Below are positions 1 to 10,279 of a DNA stretch of 64,000 bases, piece after piece. Positions within the stretch are counted from its first letter, which is position 1; every line of letters begins with the position of its first letter. The notes under the pieces were generated by a model that was not told the origin of the DNA, searched no databases, and saw only the letters and a list, made by a program, of their open reading frames with translations. This DNA is from Escherichia phage IME11. The DNA lies in sequence record NC_019423.1; one strand, 5' to 3'. The position numbers and the translations under genes are program-made.

Positions 1-1494
1 ATTCATCTATTTGAGCATCTACGCTTATCTCGCTTTAGTGAGTGCGGTATTAGCAATAATTCCATAGATATGCCATATTTTCGTGTAAGGGATTCAATCT
101 TTTATGGCGGTTTAAATTCCCAAGCTATTGGTGTTTGCGTATCAGGGTTATCTGCCGGGGGTTATATCAGAGATAATTTATTTTCTGATTTACGTTATGG
201 GATTAAATTAGCTATTGGTCGCCAAGGTACTAGCGTAGTTAATGGACCAGCTACTCCGTACAATATTGAAGATAATGATTTTTACCGTACCGGTAATCGT
301 GGTGGCATAGACCCTGATACGCAAAAATTTGTTCAGTATGCATCTTATGATGTATGGATTGAACCTGGGGCTACTGCAACCAACTCTGGGCGTGCTATTA
401 GATTTGCAGGTAATAAGTTTGGTCAGGAGTACCTAGTATCCCCTGATTCTCATGTACTGATTGCCGATGCTGCTGCCCTGGGTGCTACAGACTCCCTCAA
501 TGGGGATAAGGCCCATGTTGAGACATTAAGTGCTGGATTTGTATCTGGTTTACTTTTTGAAGGTAATAACGTCAATTCAGCCAATGGTTCTTATATTGCC
601 CCCTTTATAAGGTCATTTACTCCTAACGTCGGTAACTGCTATGTTGGTGATTTGTATGACAATGATATGCCATCCCGCATTATTGAATACTCACCATTAG
701 TAACCCAAGCATCAATTACTAATCTGGCTCGTACTAACATTTTTGCTCCTAAATCTTGTTTGGGTTTGCAGAAAGGTGTAGAGCCTAAGCTAATTTCTAA
801 CCTAAATGATGTATTCAAAGTTCTGGATACTAATAACTGGTACGCCGGGCATCCACAGGTCCCTACCCCATTGGTAGGTTCTCAACAGTCTAACTTTGTG
901 TCTCTGTATGCAGGGCCAACTAGTGGGTTAACTGTGGCAGATGCTACTAAAACATCTGTTAATAACTCTTATGGAGGTGTATACGAGGCTTCTGAAATAA
1001 CTCTTGCTTCAGGTGGGCGAGCCTTTACTGTTGTATCTGGTATGGTAGCTGGGCAGCAACACTACATTGATTTTGAATTAAAACGCGGAAGCTCTAACCC
1101 AGTACAGAGTGTTAAAGTTGAGATTCTCAGCACAGATACTACAGTTCTGTACCTTCGCAGAATAATTCTTATTGATACAATCTCCAGGTGGCAAAGGGTA
1201 ATATTACCATTTATCCCTTCGGTATCTGGTCAAGTAATTGTAAGATTCACTTCTTCCACCTTTATCGAGGGTTCTGCTACTAACTTCATAGTAGGTAACC
1301 TTAATGTTTATATAAACAACAACCCTATCAATACAGGGCACAATGGTGGGTTAGGTGGAACTTGGTCTATTCAGCACACTGTGAGAGGTAATCGCCATGA
1401 GTGGTATGATGCTTCAGGTAATTTACGTGCTAAAGTAGGTGCTCCAACTTCAGCAACTGATGGGGTTATCATTAGTGCTAATCCTGTGATTTGA
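1..1494 (+). CDS. tail fiber / appendage protein, C-terminal part (gene start lies upstream of the window)
   Basis: Reading frame is open from nt 1 with no stop before the first ATG at 70; Gly/Asn/Ser-rich repeat-like composition typical of beta-helical receptor-binding proteins; coupled to the next ORF by a TGA...ATG junction. Confidence 0.5.
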   Translation: MHLFEHLRLSRFSECGISNNSIDMPYFRVRDSIFYGGLNSQAIGVCVSGLSAGGYIRDNLFSDLRYGIKLAIGRQGTSVVNGPATPYNIEDNDFYRTGNRGGIDPDTQKFVQYASYDVWIEPGATATNSGRAIRFAGNKFGQEYLVSPDSHVLIADAAALGATDSLNGDKAHVETLSAGFVSGLLFEGNNVNSANGSYIAPFIRSFTPNVGNCYVGDLYDNDMPSRIIEYSPLVTQASITNLARTNIFAPKSCLGLQKGVEPKLISNLNDVFKVLDTNNWYAGHPQVPTPLVGSQQSNFVSLYAGPTSGLTVADATKTSVNNSYGGVYEASEITLASGGRAFTVVSGMVAGQQHYIDFELKRGSSNPVQSVKVEILSTDTTVLYLRRIILIDTISRWQRVILPFIPSVSGQVIVRFTSSTFIEGSATNFIVGNLNVYINNNPINTGHNGGLGGTWSIQHTVRGNRHEWYDASGNLRAKVGAPTSATDGVIISANPVI

Positions 1495-1495
1495 G

Positions 1496-1756
1496 GTGAT
1501 TATGGCTTTAAAATTTACTTTTGATTTTAATGGTATTACGGTAAATGATGGTGTACTTACTGTAAGCAAACCCATGATTGATGGGGAATCTGGAACAATT
1601 ACCTTTGGGCTACTGTTCCAAGCAACTAGTGCAGACCCGCTACTGAAATCGGTAACGCTTAGTTGTCCCTATGACCCTTTCGGGGCTGACCCATTCACTC
1701 AGGCATATGCTTATATAAAATCCTTACCAGATTATGAATCTGCTGAGGAAATTTAG
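1496..1756 (+). CDS. hypothetical protein (86 aa), possibly a fiber-associated protein
   Basis: ORF starts 2 nt after the upstream stop; followed by a strong terminator hairpin. Confidence 0.5.
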   Translation: MIMALKFTFDFNGITVNDGVLTVSKPMIDGESGTITFGLLFQATSADPLLKSVTLSCPYDPFGADPFTQAYAYIKSLPDYESAEEI

Positions 1757-1758
1757 TA

Positions 1759-1783
1759 AAAGCCCCGTAAGGGGCTTTTCTTC
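1759..1783 (+). terminator. rho-independent terminator
   Basis: AGCCCC-GTAA-GGGGCT hairpin followed by TTTTCTTC. Confidence 0.6.
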
Positions 1784-1789
1784 TACCCC

Positions 1790-1810
1790 ACTCTACTATA
1801 AATAAGTATT
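1790..1810 (+). promoter_or_regulatory. candidate promoter (-10-like TATAAAT) ahead of the lysis cassette
   Basis: TATAAAT element just downstream of the terminator and upstream of the lysis genes; no convincing -35. Confidence 0.2.
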
Positions 1811-1876
1811 ATCTTCTGGTCAGACTCTTCTGATACGTCCCATATGGGTGTTATTACAAACAATAAGGACTTTCTC

Positions 1877-2209
1877 ATGAGCGATGAATCGACTTCGGTT
1901 CTTCTTGCCCGATTGGAGGAAAGACTGGAAACTTTATTTAAGAACCAAGAAAAGGAAGAGCGTTCTAAGGAGAAGCTGGAACAAACTCTGTCTGGTCTGA
2001 GAGATTCTGTCCAACAGATGGAAGGTCGTCTTAAGAGTGTAGAAGATAGCCTTGCTAAGTCTGAGCCTACTATTGAAGAGTTCATTACCATTAAGCACAA
2101 AGTAGTTGGTGCTGGTATCTTCGGTAAGTGGGTATGGGCAGGAGCAGGTGCAATTATTGGTGTATTGGCTGCTGCAAGACGGGAGATATTCGCATGGTTC
2201 GCAGGCTAA
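1877..2209 (+). CDS. lysis-associated membrane protein candidate (coiled-coil N-terminus, C-terminal transmembrane helix)
   Basis: ORF track 1844..2209; internal ATG at 1877 is preceded by AAGGA; C-terminal hydrophobic stretch VVGAGIFGKWVWAGAGAIIGVLAAA; sits directly upstream of holin/endolysin. Confidence 0.4.
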   Translation: MSDESTSVLLARLEERLETLFKNQEKEERSKEKLEQTLSGLRDSVQQMEGRLKSVEDSLAKSEPTIEEFITIKHKVVGAGIFGKWVWAGAGAIIGVLAAARREIFAWFAG

Positions 2210-2454
2210 AAAGAAAGATTGAGTTAGTACCTAACTGGAAGAAGTCCTGGAAATGGGCATCTGTTCAGATTAGTACGTTTGGGTTAATTCTATTTTCTGC
2301 TGTAGATATTATCCAACCAATGCTAACGGGGCTACCTCGTCACATCCTGGAAGATATTCCACATGGCTCCAGTATTACAATCGCACTGTTTGCTTTAAAT
2401 ATTGTAGGCAGATTAGTACGATTCCAACCGAAGGAAAAATCCCATGAAAGCTAA
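2194..2454 (+). CDS. holin candidate (two predicted transmembrane helices)
   Basis: ORF track 2128..2454; Met at 2194 gives an 86-aa protein with a basic N-terminus and two hydrophobic helices; ends 11 nt inside the endolysin gene. Confidence 0.45.
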   Translation: MVRRLKRKIELVPNWKKSWKWASVQISTFGLILFSAVDIIQPMLTGLPRHILEDIPHGSSITIALFALNIVGRLVRFQPKEKSHES

Positions 2455-3079
2455 ACAGAAACTCGCTGCAAAAGGGGGTGCAGTGGGAGGAGTTGTCGCT
2501 GCTATTCTGGGGGCAGTGTTCTATATGGAGGGGGGGTATGTAAACAATCCTCGTGACCCAGGTGGGGAAACTAATCATGGTATTACCCAATCAGTAGCTA
2601 AGACCCATAAAGAAGTTCTGGCTACTGAGTACGGTTGGGATGGTTCTATGAAGGGTTTATCTAAAGAGATGGCTGCTGAGATATACATTGATGACTACGT
2701 ACTTAAACCTAACTTCGTAGCCTTCGCTGATATATCTCCTGCTGTGACACATAAGCTGGTAGATGCTGGTGTTAATACTGGTGTAACTCGTCCGGCTAAG
2801 TGGTTACAGATATCTCTTAATGAGATGTCCCGTAATGGCAAAGACTACCCTAAAATACAGGTTGATGGTAAAGTCGGTGCAAGTACTGTTAATGCATATA
2901 AAGCATTACAGAAAAAACGAGGCAAAGCTGAAGCATGTAAGGTAATGATTAAGTTACTTGATGCTAAACAACTGAACCACTATACCTCATTAAACATGCC
3001 AGACTTTACGTATGGTTGGGTAGCTAACCGAATAGGCAATGTGCCACTGGAGGCATGTAATGAAGATGCTAATCTCTAG
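2444..3079 (+). CDS. endolysin, N-acetylmuramidase (GH108-like catalytic domain) with N-terminal signal-anchor-release type hydrophobic segment
   Basis: N-terminal GGAVGGVVAAILGAVFYMEGG hydrophobic Gly/Ala-rich segment; GGYVNNPRDPGGETNHGIT motif characteristic of GH108 muramidases (family assignment from memory); position in lysis cassette. Confidence 0.75.
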   Translation: MKAKQKLAAKGGAVGGVVAAILGAVFYMEGGYVNNPRDPGGETNHGITQSVAKTHKEVLATEYGWDGSMKGLSKEMAAEIYIDDYVLKPNFVAFADISPAVTHKLVDAGVNTGVTRPAKWLQISLNEMSRNGKDYPKIQVDGKVGASTVNAYKALQKKRGKAEACKVMIKLLDAKQLNHYTSLNMPDFTYGWVANRIGNVPLEACNEDANL

Positions 3080-3560
3080 AGGTTGGCCTTATCTTCTGGT
3101 GGTGGTCCTCGGGGCCACCATTTACTTTTGGGGTAACTCCAATGGACAGTCTACTGTTCAAAAGAAGTGGGATGCCCAAAAGGTTGAAGACCTTAAGGCA
3201 ACACAAAAATTACAGGACAAATACAATGCTCTCCAAAGAAACCATAGTTATGAAGTCGGGTTACTCACTTCCCGGTTGCAGACGGCTGAGAGTAATTACG
3301 CAAGCGAGCTTGCTCGCGTTAGCAGTGATTATGACAGCCGGATGCAACAGTCTGAAAGACGAGCATCGGTATATCAACGTCAAGCCGAAGCCGGAGCCTT
3401 TGAGTGCAGAAGTCTTGCAAGCCATGCAGCCAGACTCGACAATAGTCTTGAAGAAGGCAGACGTTTGGTTGAAGAACTCCGGGCAACTGTTAGACTCCGT
3501 GACAACCAACTAGTTGAGTTGGGTAAACAAATTCAGGCTGACCGTAAACTTTTTGAATAG
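3060..3560 (+). CDS. i-spanin (Rz-like inner-membrane spanin)
   Basis: ORF track 3039..3560; N-terminal TM helix [17 protein letters not shown] followed by a charged coiled-coil-like periplasmic domain; immediately downstream of endolysin. Confidence 0.6.
   Translation: MKMLISRGWPYLLVVVLGATIYFWGNSNGQSTVQKKWDAQKVEDLKATQKLQDKYNALQRNHSYEVGLLTSRLQTAESNYASELARVSSDYDSRMQQSERRASVYQRQAEAGAFECRSLASHAARLDNSLEEGRRLVEELRATVRLRDNQLVELGKQIQADRKLFE
3250..3513 (+). CDS. o-spanin (Rz1-like outer-membrane lipoprotein) embedded in the +1 frame of the i-spanin gene
   Basis: Inside ORF 3142..3513; Met at 3250 begins [32 protein letters not shown], i.e. basic n-region, hydrophobic core and a lipobox-like TAGC; Pro-rich short mature part. 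Confidence 0.5.
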   Translation: MKSGYSLPGCRRLRVITQASLLALAVIMTAGCNSLKDEHRYINVKPKPEPLSAEVLQAMQPDSTIVLKKADVWLKNSGQLLDSVTTN

Positions 3561-3568
3561 GAATAACT

Positions 3569-5839
3569 ATGGAACACCAAGACACTTTTAAGCCTTTGCC
3601 AGACCCGGCTCAATCAGAGAAGTTAACGGACTGGAAGAAGGAACCAAGTATCCAATTACTGAAGGGTGATTTGGAATCTGCTAAACCTGCTCACGATGCA
3701 ATCATGTCTCAGATTCGTGAGTGGAATGACTTAATGGAAGTCAAGGGTAAAGCTAAACCCCCAAAGATTAAGGGACGCTCACAAGTCCAGCCTAGACTGG
3801 TTCGCCGTCAGGCAGAGTGGCGTTATGCACCATTATCTGAACCATTCCTCTCATCCAGTAAACTCTTTAAGCTAACACCTGTTACTTTTGAAGATGAGTT
3901 AGCTGCACGTCAGAATGAGTTAGTTCTTAACTACCAATTCCGTACTCAGCTTAATAAAGTAAAACTGGTGGATGATTACGTGCACAGTATTGTAGATGAC
4001 GGTACTGGTATTGCTCGTATTGGCTGGGAACGTAAGACCGTTAAGATTAAAACAGAAACTCCTGTCTTCCAGCTTTATCCCATTGAGAACCAGGAACAGG
4101 CAGATGTTCTTCAGCAGGCTTTACAACTTCAGGCAGAGAATCCTCGTGAATATGACGAAACTATGCCTGAAGATATTAAGGAAGCTGTTAACTATTTTAA
4201 TGAAACTGGTGAAGCTACCTATGCAATCCAGACTGGAGTTACTGAGGTAGAGGTAGAGAAAGCACTGGTTAACAGACCTACCGTTGAAATGCTTAACCCT
4301 AATAACGTAGTTATTGACCCAAGCTGTAATGGTGATTTGGATAAGGCTCTTTATGCAGTTATCTCATTCGAGACATGCAAAGCAGACCTCATGAAGAACA
4401 AAGACCGTTATCACAACCTGGATAAGATTGATTGGGAAAGCTCCAGTCCTATTACTGACCCAGACCATGAAAGTAAAACTCCTAGTGACTTCCAGTTTAA
4501 GGATGCACTTCGTAAGAAAGTTGTTGCTTATGAGTACTGGGGATTCTACGACATTAATGATGATGGTTCCCTGGAACCAATTGTTGCTACCTGGATTGGT
4601 TCTACTCTTATTCGTATGGAGAATAACCCATTCCCTGATGGTAAGTTACCTCTGGTGGTCGTTCCATACATGCCTCGTAAACGAGAACTCTTTGGTGAAG
4701 CTGATGCTGAACTATTAGGGGATAACCAAGCAATTCTTGGTGCAACTATGCGTGGGATGATTGACCTGTTGGGTCGAAGTGCAAACGGGCAGCGAGGTTA
4801 TCCTAAGGGGATGCTGGATACTCTTAACCGTCGTCGATACGATGATGGACAAGACTATGAATATAACCCAATGCAGGGTAATCCTAGTCAGTCCATTATG
4901 GAACATAAGTTCCCTGAGTTACCCCAGTCGGCAATAGTAATGACCCAGATGCAAAACCAGGAAGCAGAATCATTAACAGGTGTTAAAGCATTCTCTGGTG
5001 GTGTAACTGGTTCAGCTTATGGAGATGTGGCTGCTGGTATTCGTGGTGCACTTGATGCAGCATCCAAACGTGAGATGGCAATCCTTCGTCGATTAGCTAA
5101 GGGTATGGCAGATATTGGTACTAAGATTTGTGCAATGAATGCCGTGTTCTTATCTGAGAAGGAAGTAGTACGTATTACCAATGAACAATATGTAGAGATT
5201 AAACGAGAAGACCTTAAAGGTAATTTCGATATTGAAGTTGATATTAATACTGCCGAGATTGATAACCAGAAATCCCAGGATTTGGGCTTCATGGTTCAAA
5301 CATTAGGTAACACAGTTGACCAGTCTATTACGTTATCTCTTGTAGCTAAGATTGCAGAACTTAAACGTATGCCAGACCTTGCACATGAGTTACGTACTTG
5401 GCAACCACAACCAGACCCAATGGAAGAACAGCTTAAGCAATTGGCAATTCAGAAAGCACAGCTTGAGAATGAAGAGTTACAAAGTAAGATTGCACTCAAT
5501 AATGCTAAAGCTAAAGAAGCTGCTTCTAGTGGTGACCTTAAAGACCTGGATTATCTGGAACAGGAATCTGGTACTAAACATGCTCGTGATATGGAAAAAC
5601 AAAAAGCACAATCCCAAGGAAACCAGAACCTTCAGATAACTAAGGCATTGACAACACCTACTAAAGAAGGTGAAACTACCCCCAACATATCTGCTGCTGT
5701 TGGATATAACACTTTGACTAACGGGAACTCTCCACAAGAACGTGACTTAGCTGCTCAACAAGACCCAGCTTATTCACTTGGTTCCCAATACTATGACCCT
5801 AGCCAAGACCCAGCATCGGCTCTTGGCATGAACCTGTAA
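3569..5839 (+). CDS. portal protein
   Basis: 756-aa ORF between lysis cassette and capsid genes; size and position match the portal gene of N4-like phages (about 760 aa); no motif confirmed by eye. Confidence 0.65.
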   Translation: MEHQDTFKPLPDPAQSEKLTDWKKEPSIQLLKGDLESAKPAHDAIMSQIREWNDLMEVKGKAKPPKIKGRSQVQPRLVRRQAEWRYAPLSEPFLSSSKLFKLTPVTFEDELAARQNELVLNYQFRTQLNKVKLVDDYVHSIVDDGTGIARIGWERKTVKIKTETPVFQLYPIENQEQADVLQQALQLQAENPREYDETMPEDIKEAVNYFNETGEATYAIQTGVTEVEVEKALVNRPTVEMLNPNNVVIDPSCNGDLDKALYAVISFETCKADLMKNKDRYHNLDKIDWESSSPITDPDHESKTPSDFQFKDALRKKVVAYEYWGFYDINDDGSLEPIVATWIGSTLIRMENNPFPDGKLPLVVVPYMPRKRELFGEADAELLGDNQAILGATMRGMIDLLGRSANGQRGYPKGMLDTLNRRRYDDGQDYEYNPMQGNPSQSIMEHKFPELPQSAIVMTQMQNQEAESLTGVKAFSGGVTGSAYGDVAAGIRGALDAASKREMAILRRLAKGMADIGTKICAMNAVFLSEKEVVRITNEQYVEIKREDLKGNFDIEVDINTAEIDNQKSQDLGFMVQTLGNTVDQSITLSLVAKIAELKRMPDLAHELRTWQPQPDPMEEQLKQLAIQKAQLENEELQSKIALNNAKAKEAASSGDLKDLDYLEQESGTKHARDMEKQKAQSQGNQNLQITKALTTPTKEGETTPNISAAVGYNTLTNGNSPQERDLAAQQDPAYSLGSQYYDPSQDPASALGMNL

Positions 5840-5852
5840 GGCAGACCTTCAC

Positions 5853-6197
5853 ATGAGTAAAGAATTAACAATCGCTGGACTGGAACATCGACTGGAAGCT
5901 GCTAAAGGTGCAGTTGCACATGCAGAAGATGTACGTAAACTTCTGGAGAATCCACTGTTCCGTAAAGTAATCCTTCGCCAGTTCTGTGTAGAAGATTGTG
6001 CACGTTACGTGCAAGAGTCTGGTGACCCACTGCTTGAAGCTAACAATCGTGCAGATGCACTCAACATGGCACAAGCTGCTGGTCACTTACGTCGTTGGCT
6101 CGACCTCGCCATTCGTATGGGCGAACGTGAAGCTGACGTTATTCTACAGGTAGAAGAAGAACTCGATGTAGTTCGTGCTGAACCTGAAGACGAATAA
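5853..6197 (+). CDS. hypothetical head-module protein (114 aa)
   Basis: ORF in the operon between portal and scaffold candidate. Confidence 0.55.
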   Translation: MSKELTIAGLEHRLEAAKGAVAHAEDVRKLLENPLFRKVILRQFCVEDCARYVQESGDPLLEANNRADALNMAQAAGHLRRWLDLAIRMGEREADVILQVEEELDVVRAEPEDE

Positions 6198-6216
6198 TTA
6201 ACCGGAGATATTTCCT

Positions 6217-7437
6217 ATGACTACGGAAGCTGCAACCACAGCTTCCGACATTCTCGCAATGTCGGATGATGAGATTCTGAATATGGAAGCCCCAGCAGTT
6301 ATCGCTGAGGAAGACACTACCACTCAGAACAACCCTGAAACCAACGGCGTACAGACTCCTGATGAAGAAGTTGACACCTCTGCTGTTGAAGAACTACCAA
6401 CCGAAGAAACCTCCCCTGAACCTGAGCCAGATGAAGAAGATGCAGCAAATACTTTAACTTCTGATAAAGTTGGTGATACAGTTGACAACACAGAAGTTGA
6501 TAGTAACGGTAAGCCGATTACTAAAGCTGAACCTTCTACTACTGAACCAGGCCAGGAACAGAAAGAAGAAGGCAAACAGTCTGAAGGTCTGCCTGCTGAC
6601 TTCAACTATAAGGAGGGTTACGAGAAGTTGATGGCTCCTTTTAAAGCTAACGGCAAAATGATTACTCCCCGTTCACCGGAGGAGGCCATTAGCCTGATGC
6701 AGATGGGTGCTAACTATACTCGCAAGATGCAAGAACTACAGCCGTACCGTAAGGTAATGCTGATGTTACAGAACAACGGTTTAATGGATGAGGATAAACT
6801 TTCTTACCTGATTGACCTGGATAAGAAGAATCCTGAAGCCATTAAAAAGTTGCTGAAAGACTCTGGTACAGACCCTCTGGACTTTAACCCAGAAGAGGAA
6901 ATTAACTACCAGGGAGGCAATCACCGTGTTACCGACACCGAAGCAGATTTTGCAACCGAAATTGACGACTTAAAGTCTACTCAAGAAGGACAAGCTACAT
7001 TAGGTGTTATCGGCTCGACATGGGATGCTGCCAGTAAAGATGCTCTTTATCAGAATCGTGGTTTACTCCAGACTATTCACGAGCAACGTGAGAATGGTAT
7101 TTATGACACTATTGCTAACGAAGTGAATCGTCTACAGATGTTAGGTCAGATTCCGGTAGGTACTCCGTTCATTCAGGCTTATAACCACGTTGGTAATCTC
7201 CTTGCACAGCAAGGTGCATTTAACCAAGTGGCTAAGCCAGAACCGGTACAAGCAGTGAAACCAGTGGTTCAGCCGGTAGTGCGTGTAGCACAACCTAAGC
7301 AGACTCTGGCTAACAGTGAGCAAGCTAAAGCAGCTTCCCCTAGTCGGGCTGCTACACGTAAAGCAACACCTATTGTAAACCCACTCGCTATGAGTGATGA
7401 AGATTTCGCTAAACTCCCAGTACCGGGTAGTCTTTAA
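6217..7437 (+). CDS. scaffolding protein candidate
   Basis: 406 aa, strongly acidic Glu/Asp/Thr-rich N-terminal third and Gln/Pro/Val-rich C-terminus; immediately upstream of the major capsid gene. Confidence 0.5.
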   Translation: MTTEAATTASDILAMSDDEILNMEAPAVIAEEDTTTQNNPETNGVQTPDEEVDTSAVEELPTEETSPEPEPDEEDAANTLTSDKVGDTVDNTEVDSNGKPITKAEPSTTEPGQEQKEEGKQSEGLPADFNYKEGYEKLMAPFKANGKMITPRSPEEAISLMQMGANYTRKMQELQPYRKVMLMLQNNGLMDEDKLSYLIDLDKKNPEAIKKLLKDSGTDPLDFNPEEEINYQGGNHRVTDTEADFATEIDDLKSTQEGQATLGVIGSTWDAASKDALYQNRGLLQTIHEQRENGIYDTIANEVNRLQMLGQIPVGTPFIQAYNHVGNLLAQQGAFNQVAKPEPVQAVKPVVQPVVRVAQPKQTLANSEQAKAASPSRAATRKATPIVNPLAMSDEDFAKLPVPGSL

Positions 7438-7453
7438 ACAGGAATAAGATGAT

Positions 7454-8656
7454 ATGTTAAACTATAACGCTCCAATTGACGGTCAGAAATCTAGTATTGA
7501 TGGTGCTGGTTCCGACCAGATGAATACTTTTTACTGGCTGAAGAAAGCAATTATTCAGTCTCGTAAAGACCAGTACTTCATGCCACTGGCTAACACCATT
7601 AACATGCCGAAGAACTACGGTAAGACTGTTAAGGTGTATGAGTACGTTCCTCTGCTCGACGATAAGAACATTAACGACCAGGGTATTGATGCCAGTGGTG
7701 CTACCATCGTTAATGGTAACCTGTATGGTTCGTCTAAAGACGTCGGTAACATCACCTCTAAACTGCCTCTGCTGACAGAGAATGGTGGTCGTGTTAACCG
7801 TGTAGGCTTTACCCGTCTGTCTCGTGAAGGTTCCATTCATAAGTTTGGTTTCTTCTACGAATTTACTCAAGAGTCCTTGGACTTTGATTCTGATGACCAA
7901 CTGAAAGAACATCTGTCACGTGAACTGATGAACGGTGCTGTACAGTTGACTGAAGCTGTTCTTCAGAAAGACCTGTTGGCTGCTGCTGGTACTGTACTGT
8001 ATGCAGGTGCTGCTACCTCTGATGCTACCATCACTGGTGAAGGTGCTACTCCGTCTGTAGTTTCTTATAAGAACCTGATGCGTCTTGACCAGATTCTTAC
8101 TGAGAACCGTACCCCGACTCAGACTACTATCATCACTGGTTCTAAACTGACGGATACCAAAGTACTAGGTGGTACTCGTGTAATGTATGTTGGTTCTGAA
8201 CTGGTTCCAGAACTGAAAGCGATGAAAGACCTGTTCGGTAACAAAGCATTCATCGAAATTCAGCACTATGCTGATGCTGGTACTCTGATGAATGGCGAAG
8301 TTGGTTGTATCGACAAGTTCCGTATTATTCAGGTTCCGGAGATGCTGCATTGGGCAGGTGCTGGTGCTCAAGCTACTACTAACCCTGGCTACCGTTCTAC
8401 TATGGTTGGTGGGCAAGAACACTACGACGTATTTCCGATGCTGGTAGTTGGTGATGACTCCTTCTCTACCATTGGCTTCCAGACTGATGGTAAGTCTGTT
8501 AAGTTCACCATCATGACTAAGATGCCTGGTAAAGAAACTGCTGACCGTAATGACCCGTATGGTGAGACTGGTTTCAGTTCTATCAAGTGGTACTACGGTA
8601 TTCTGGTTAAACGTCCAGAACGTCTGGCTATGATTAAGACTGTTGCTCCTCTGTAA
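7454..8656 (+). CDS. major capsid protein
   Basis: 400-aa ORF (N4 major capsid protein is about 400 aa), downstream of the scaffold candidate, followed by a strong terminator as expected for a highly expressed gene. Confidence 0.7.
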   Translation: MLNYNAPIDGQKSSIDGAGSDQMNTFYWLKKAIIQSRKDQYFMPLANTINMPKNYGKTVKVYEYVPLLDDKNINDQGIDASGATIVNGNLYGSSKDVGNITSKLPLLTENGGRVNRVGFTRLSREGSIHKFGFFYEFTQESLDFDSDDQLKEHLSRELMNGAVQLTEAVLQKDLLAAAGTVLYAGAATSDATITGEGATPSVVSYKNLMRLDQILTENRTPTQTTIITGSKLTDTKVLGGTRVMYVGSELVPELKAMKDLFGNKAFIEIQHYADAGTLMNGEVGCIDKFRIIQVPEMLHWAGAGAQATTNPGYRSTMVGGQEHYDVFPMLVVGDDSFSTIGFQTDGKSVKFTIMTKMPGKETADRNDPYGETGFSSIKWYYGILVKRPERLAMIKTVAPL

Positions 8657-8674
8657 TAGTCCGAAATAAAACAA

Positions 8675-8696
8675 GGGGGACTAATGTCCCCCTCTT
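8675..8696 (+). terminator. rho-independent terminator after the capsid gene
   Basis: GGGGGAC-TAAT-GTCCCCC hairpin followed by TCTTAAT. Confidence 0.55.
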
Positions 8697-8723
8697 AATA
8701 AAACTAAATGAACCACAGGAAAT

Positions 8724-9365
8724 ATGAACATGAGCATTAACGATAAACCGACCACTGACGTAGAACTGAACGTACAGGGCAACGAAGATACCGTTAACGA
8801 TATTGCAATGCCTAGTGAACTTGAAGTTCTTAAGCAACGTGCAACGTTGATGAATATTAAGTTCTCTAACAACATCTCCGTTGAGAAACTTCGTGAGAAG
8901 ATTGAAGCTGCACAAGCAAGTGATGAACCAGAAGTAGAAGAAGCTGCTGTTAACCCACTGGGTGCTAAACAAGAAGCAGGCGTTAAGAAGATGACCCTGG
9001 GTCAGAAGATTCGTGCAGAACAGACTCGACTGATTCGTGTACGTATCCAGAACCTTGACCCTAAGAAGAAAGACCTGCCAGGTGAGATTATCACCGTAGC
9101 TAATGAATATATGGGTACTGTACGTAAGTTTGTTCCGTTCGGTGAAGTAACCGACAATGGTTATCACATTCCGTACTGTATCTATGAGTTCCTTAAAGAA
9201 CGTAAGTTTATCAACATTACGACTCGTAAAGGTAAGAATGGCTTACCGGATATCCGTGCAACAGAAGCACGTGAGTTCTCCATTGAGGTACTGCCACCAC
9301 TGACTGAAGCAGAGCTGGCTCAACTGGCTCAAGCACAGATTGCTGCTGGTAGCCTGAACGATTAA
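8724..9365 (+). CDS. virion structural protein candidate (213 aa)
   Basis: ORF in the structural operon; followed by a terminator. Confidence 0.5.
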   Translation: MNMSINDKPTTDVELNVQGNEDTVNDIAMPSELEVLKQRATLMNIKFSNNISVEKLREKIEAAQASDEPEVEEAAVNPLGAKQEAGVKKMTLGQKIRAEQTRLIRVRIQNLDPKKKDLPGEIITVANEYMGTVRKFVPFGEVTDNGYHIPYCIYEFLKERKFINITTRKGKNGLPDIRATEAREFSIEVLPPLTEAELAQLAQAQIAAGSLND

Positions 9366-9386
9366 CGTATAAGCTACAGTTCAACA

Positions 9387-9423
9387 CGGCTCACTGGGGT
9401 AACTCCGTGGGCCGTTTCTTTTT
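9387..9423 (+). terminator. rho-independent terminator
   Basis: CGGCTCAC...GTGGGCCG imperfect hairpin followed by TTTCTTTTT. Confidence 0.5.
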
Positions 9424-9435
9424 GAACCAAGAGGA

Positions 9436-10278
9436 ATGATTATGTCTTGTTCTGCTGAGGTAGAAGCTAACCGACTCCTAGAAGAGTTAACCAAGGGTGA
9501 TGATTTTACCCTTCCCATTATTGATATGACCGGACCTGAATGGGATATCCCTGGTGGGGATAATTCACCAATCTTTTCAGAAGTACCCCGAATCACTAAC
9601 GAATCCCTTACTACTCGTGAAGTTGGTGGCTCTGGTGTATTTGATGCATTAATGGAATCTGCCGGTAAGCATCTTAAAGCTGAGTTTAAAGAGAACCGAA
9701 TTACAGGTGGTGAGTACACTAAAGCCTATATCGCTACCTTGGAAGCATGTATGGGTAACGCTGTTCAATTCCTTCTGGGTCGTGACTCTGCTTACTTCCA
9801 GGCAGCACTGGCACAGATTCAAGCAGTTACTGCACGTGTTGGTTTGGCAACGGCTAAGGCTCAGTTTGTACTTGCTAAGGTACAGGCACTGTCTACTAAG
9901 TCTGAGTATGCCTTAACTAAGATGAAACTCTCTATTGAGGGCCAGAATTACTGTGCTGCAAAGTTCAATATGGATGAGATTCTTCCAGCTCAGGGGCGTT
10001 TACTGCAAGAGCAATATGAAGTACAACGTGCACAGACTATGGAAACACGTTCTGACTCTTTACCAATCAAAGGTAGTATTGGTAAGCAGAAGGAGTTGTA
10101 TGACCAGCAGATTACTTCATATCAACGTGATGCAGAAGTTAAAGCATCTAAATTGTTTACTGATGCATGGATTACACAGAAGACTATTGATGAAGGCTTG
10201 AATCCACCAAATGGTTTCACTAACGCAAGTATTGATACCATTTTGACCAAGCTGAAGACTAACAACGGGCTGAACTAA
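9436..10278 (+). CDS. virion structural protein candidate (280 aa)
   Basis: ORF with AAGAGGAA RBS; in the structural operon. Confidence 0.5.
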   Translation: MIMSCSAEVEANRLLEELTKGDDFTLPIIDMTGPEWDIPGGDNSPIFSEVPRITNESLTTREVGGSGVFDALMESAGKHLKAEFKENRITGGEYTKAYIATLEACMGNAVQFLLGRDSAYFQAALAQIQAVTARVGLATAKAQFVLAKVQALSTKSEYALTKMKLSIEGQNYCAAKFNMDEILPAQGRLLQEQYEVQRAQTMETRSDSLPIKGSIGKQKELYDQQITSYQRDAEVKASKLFTDAWITQKTIDEGLNPPNGFTNASIDTILTKLKTNNGLN

Positions 10279-10279
10279 T

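Noticed and set aside
1783-2100. 105-aa minus-strand ORF
   Set aside because: Antisense to the lysis-cassette ORF in a + strand operon; no RBS.
3261-3509. 82-aa minus-strand ORF
   Set aside because: Antisense within the Rz/Rz1 spanin genes, which have clear membrane and lipoprotein features.
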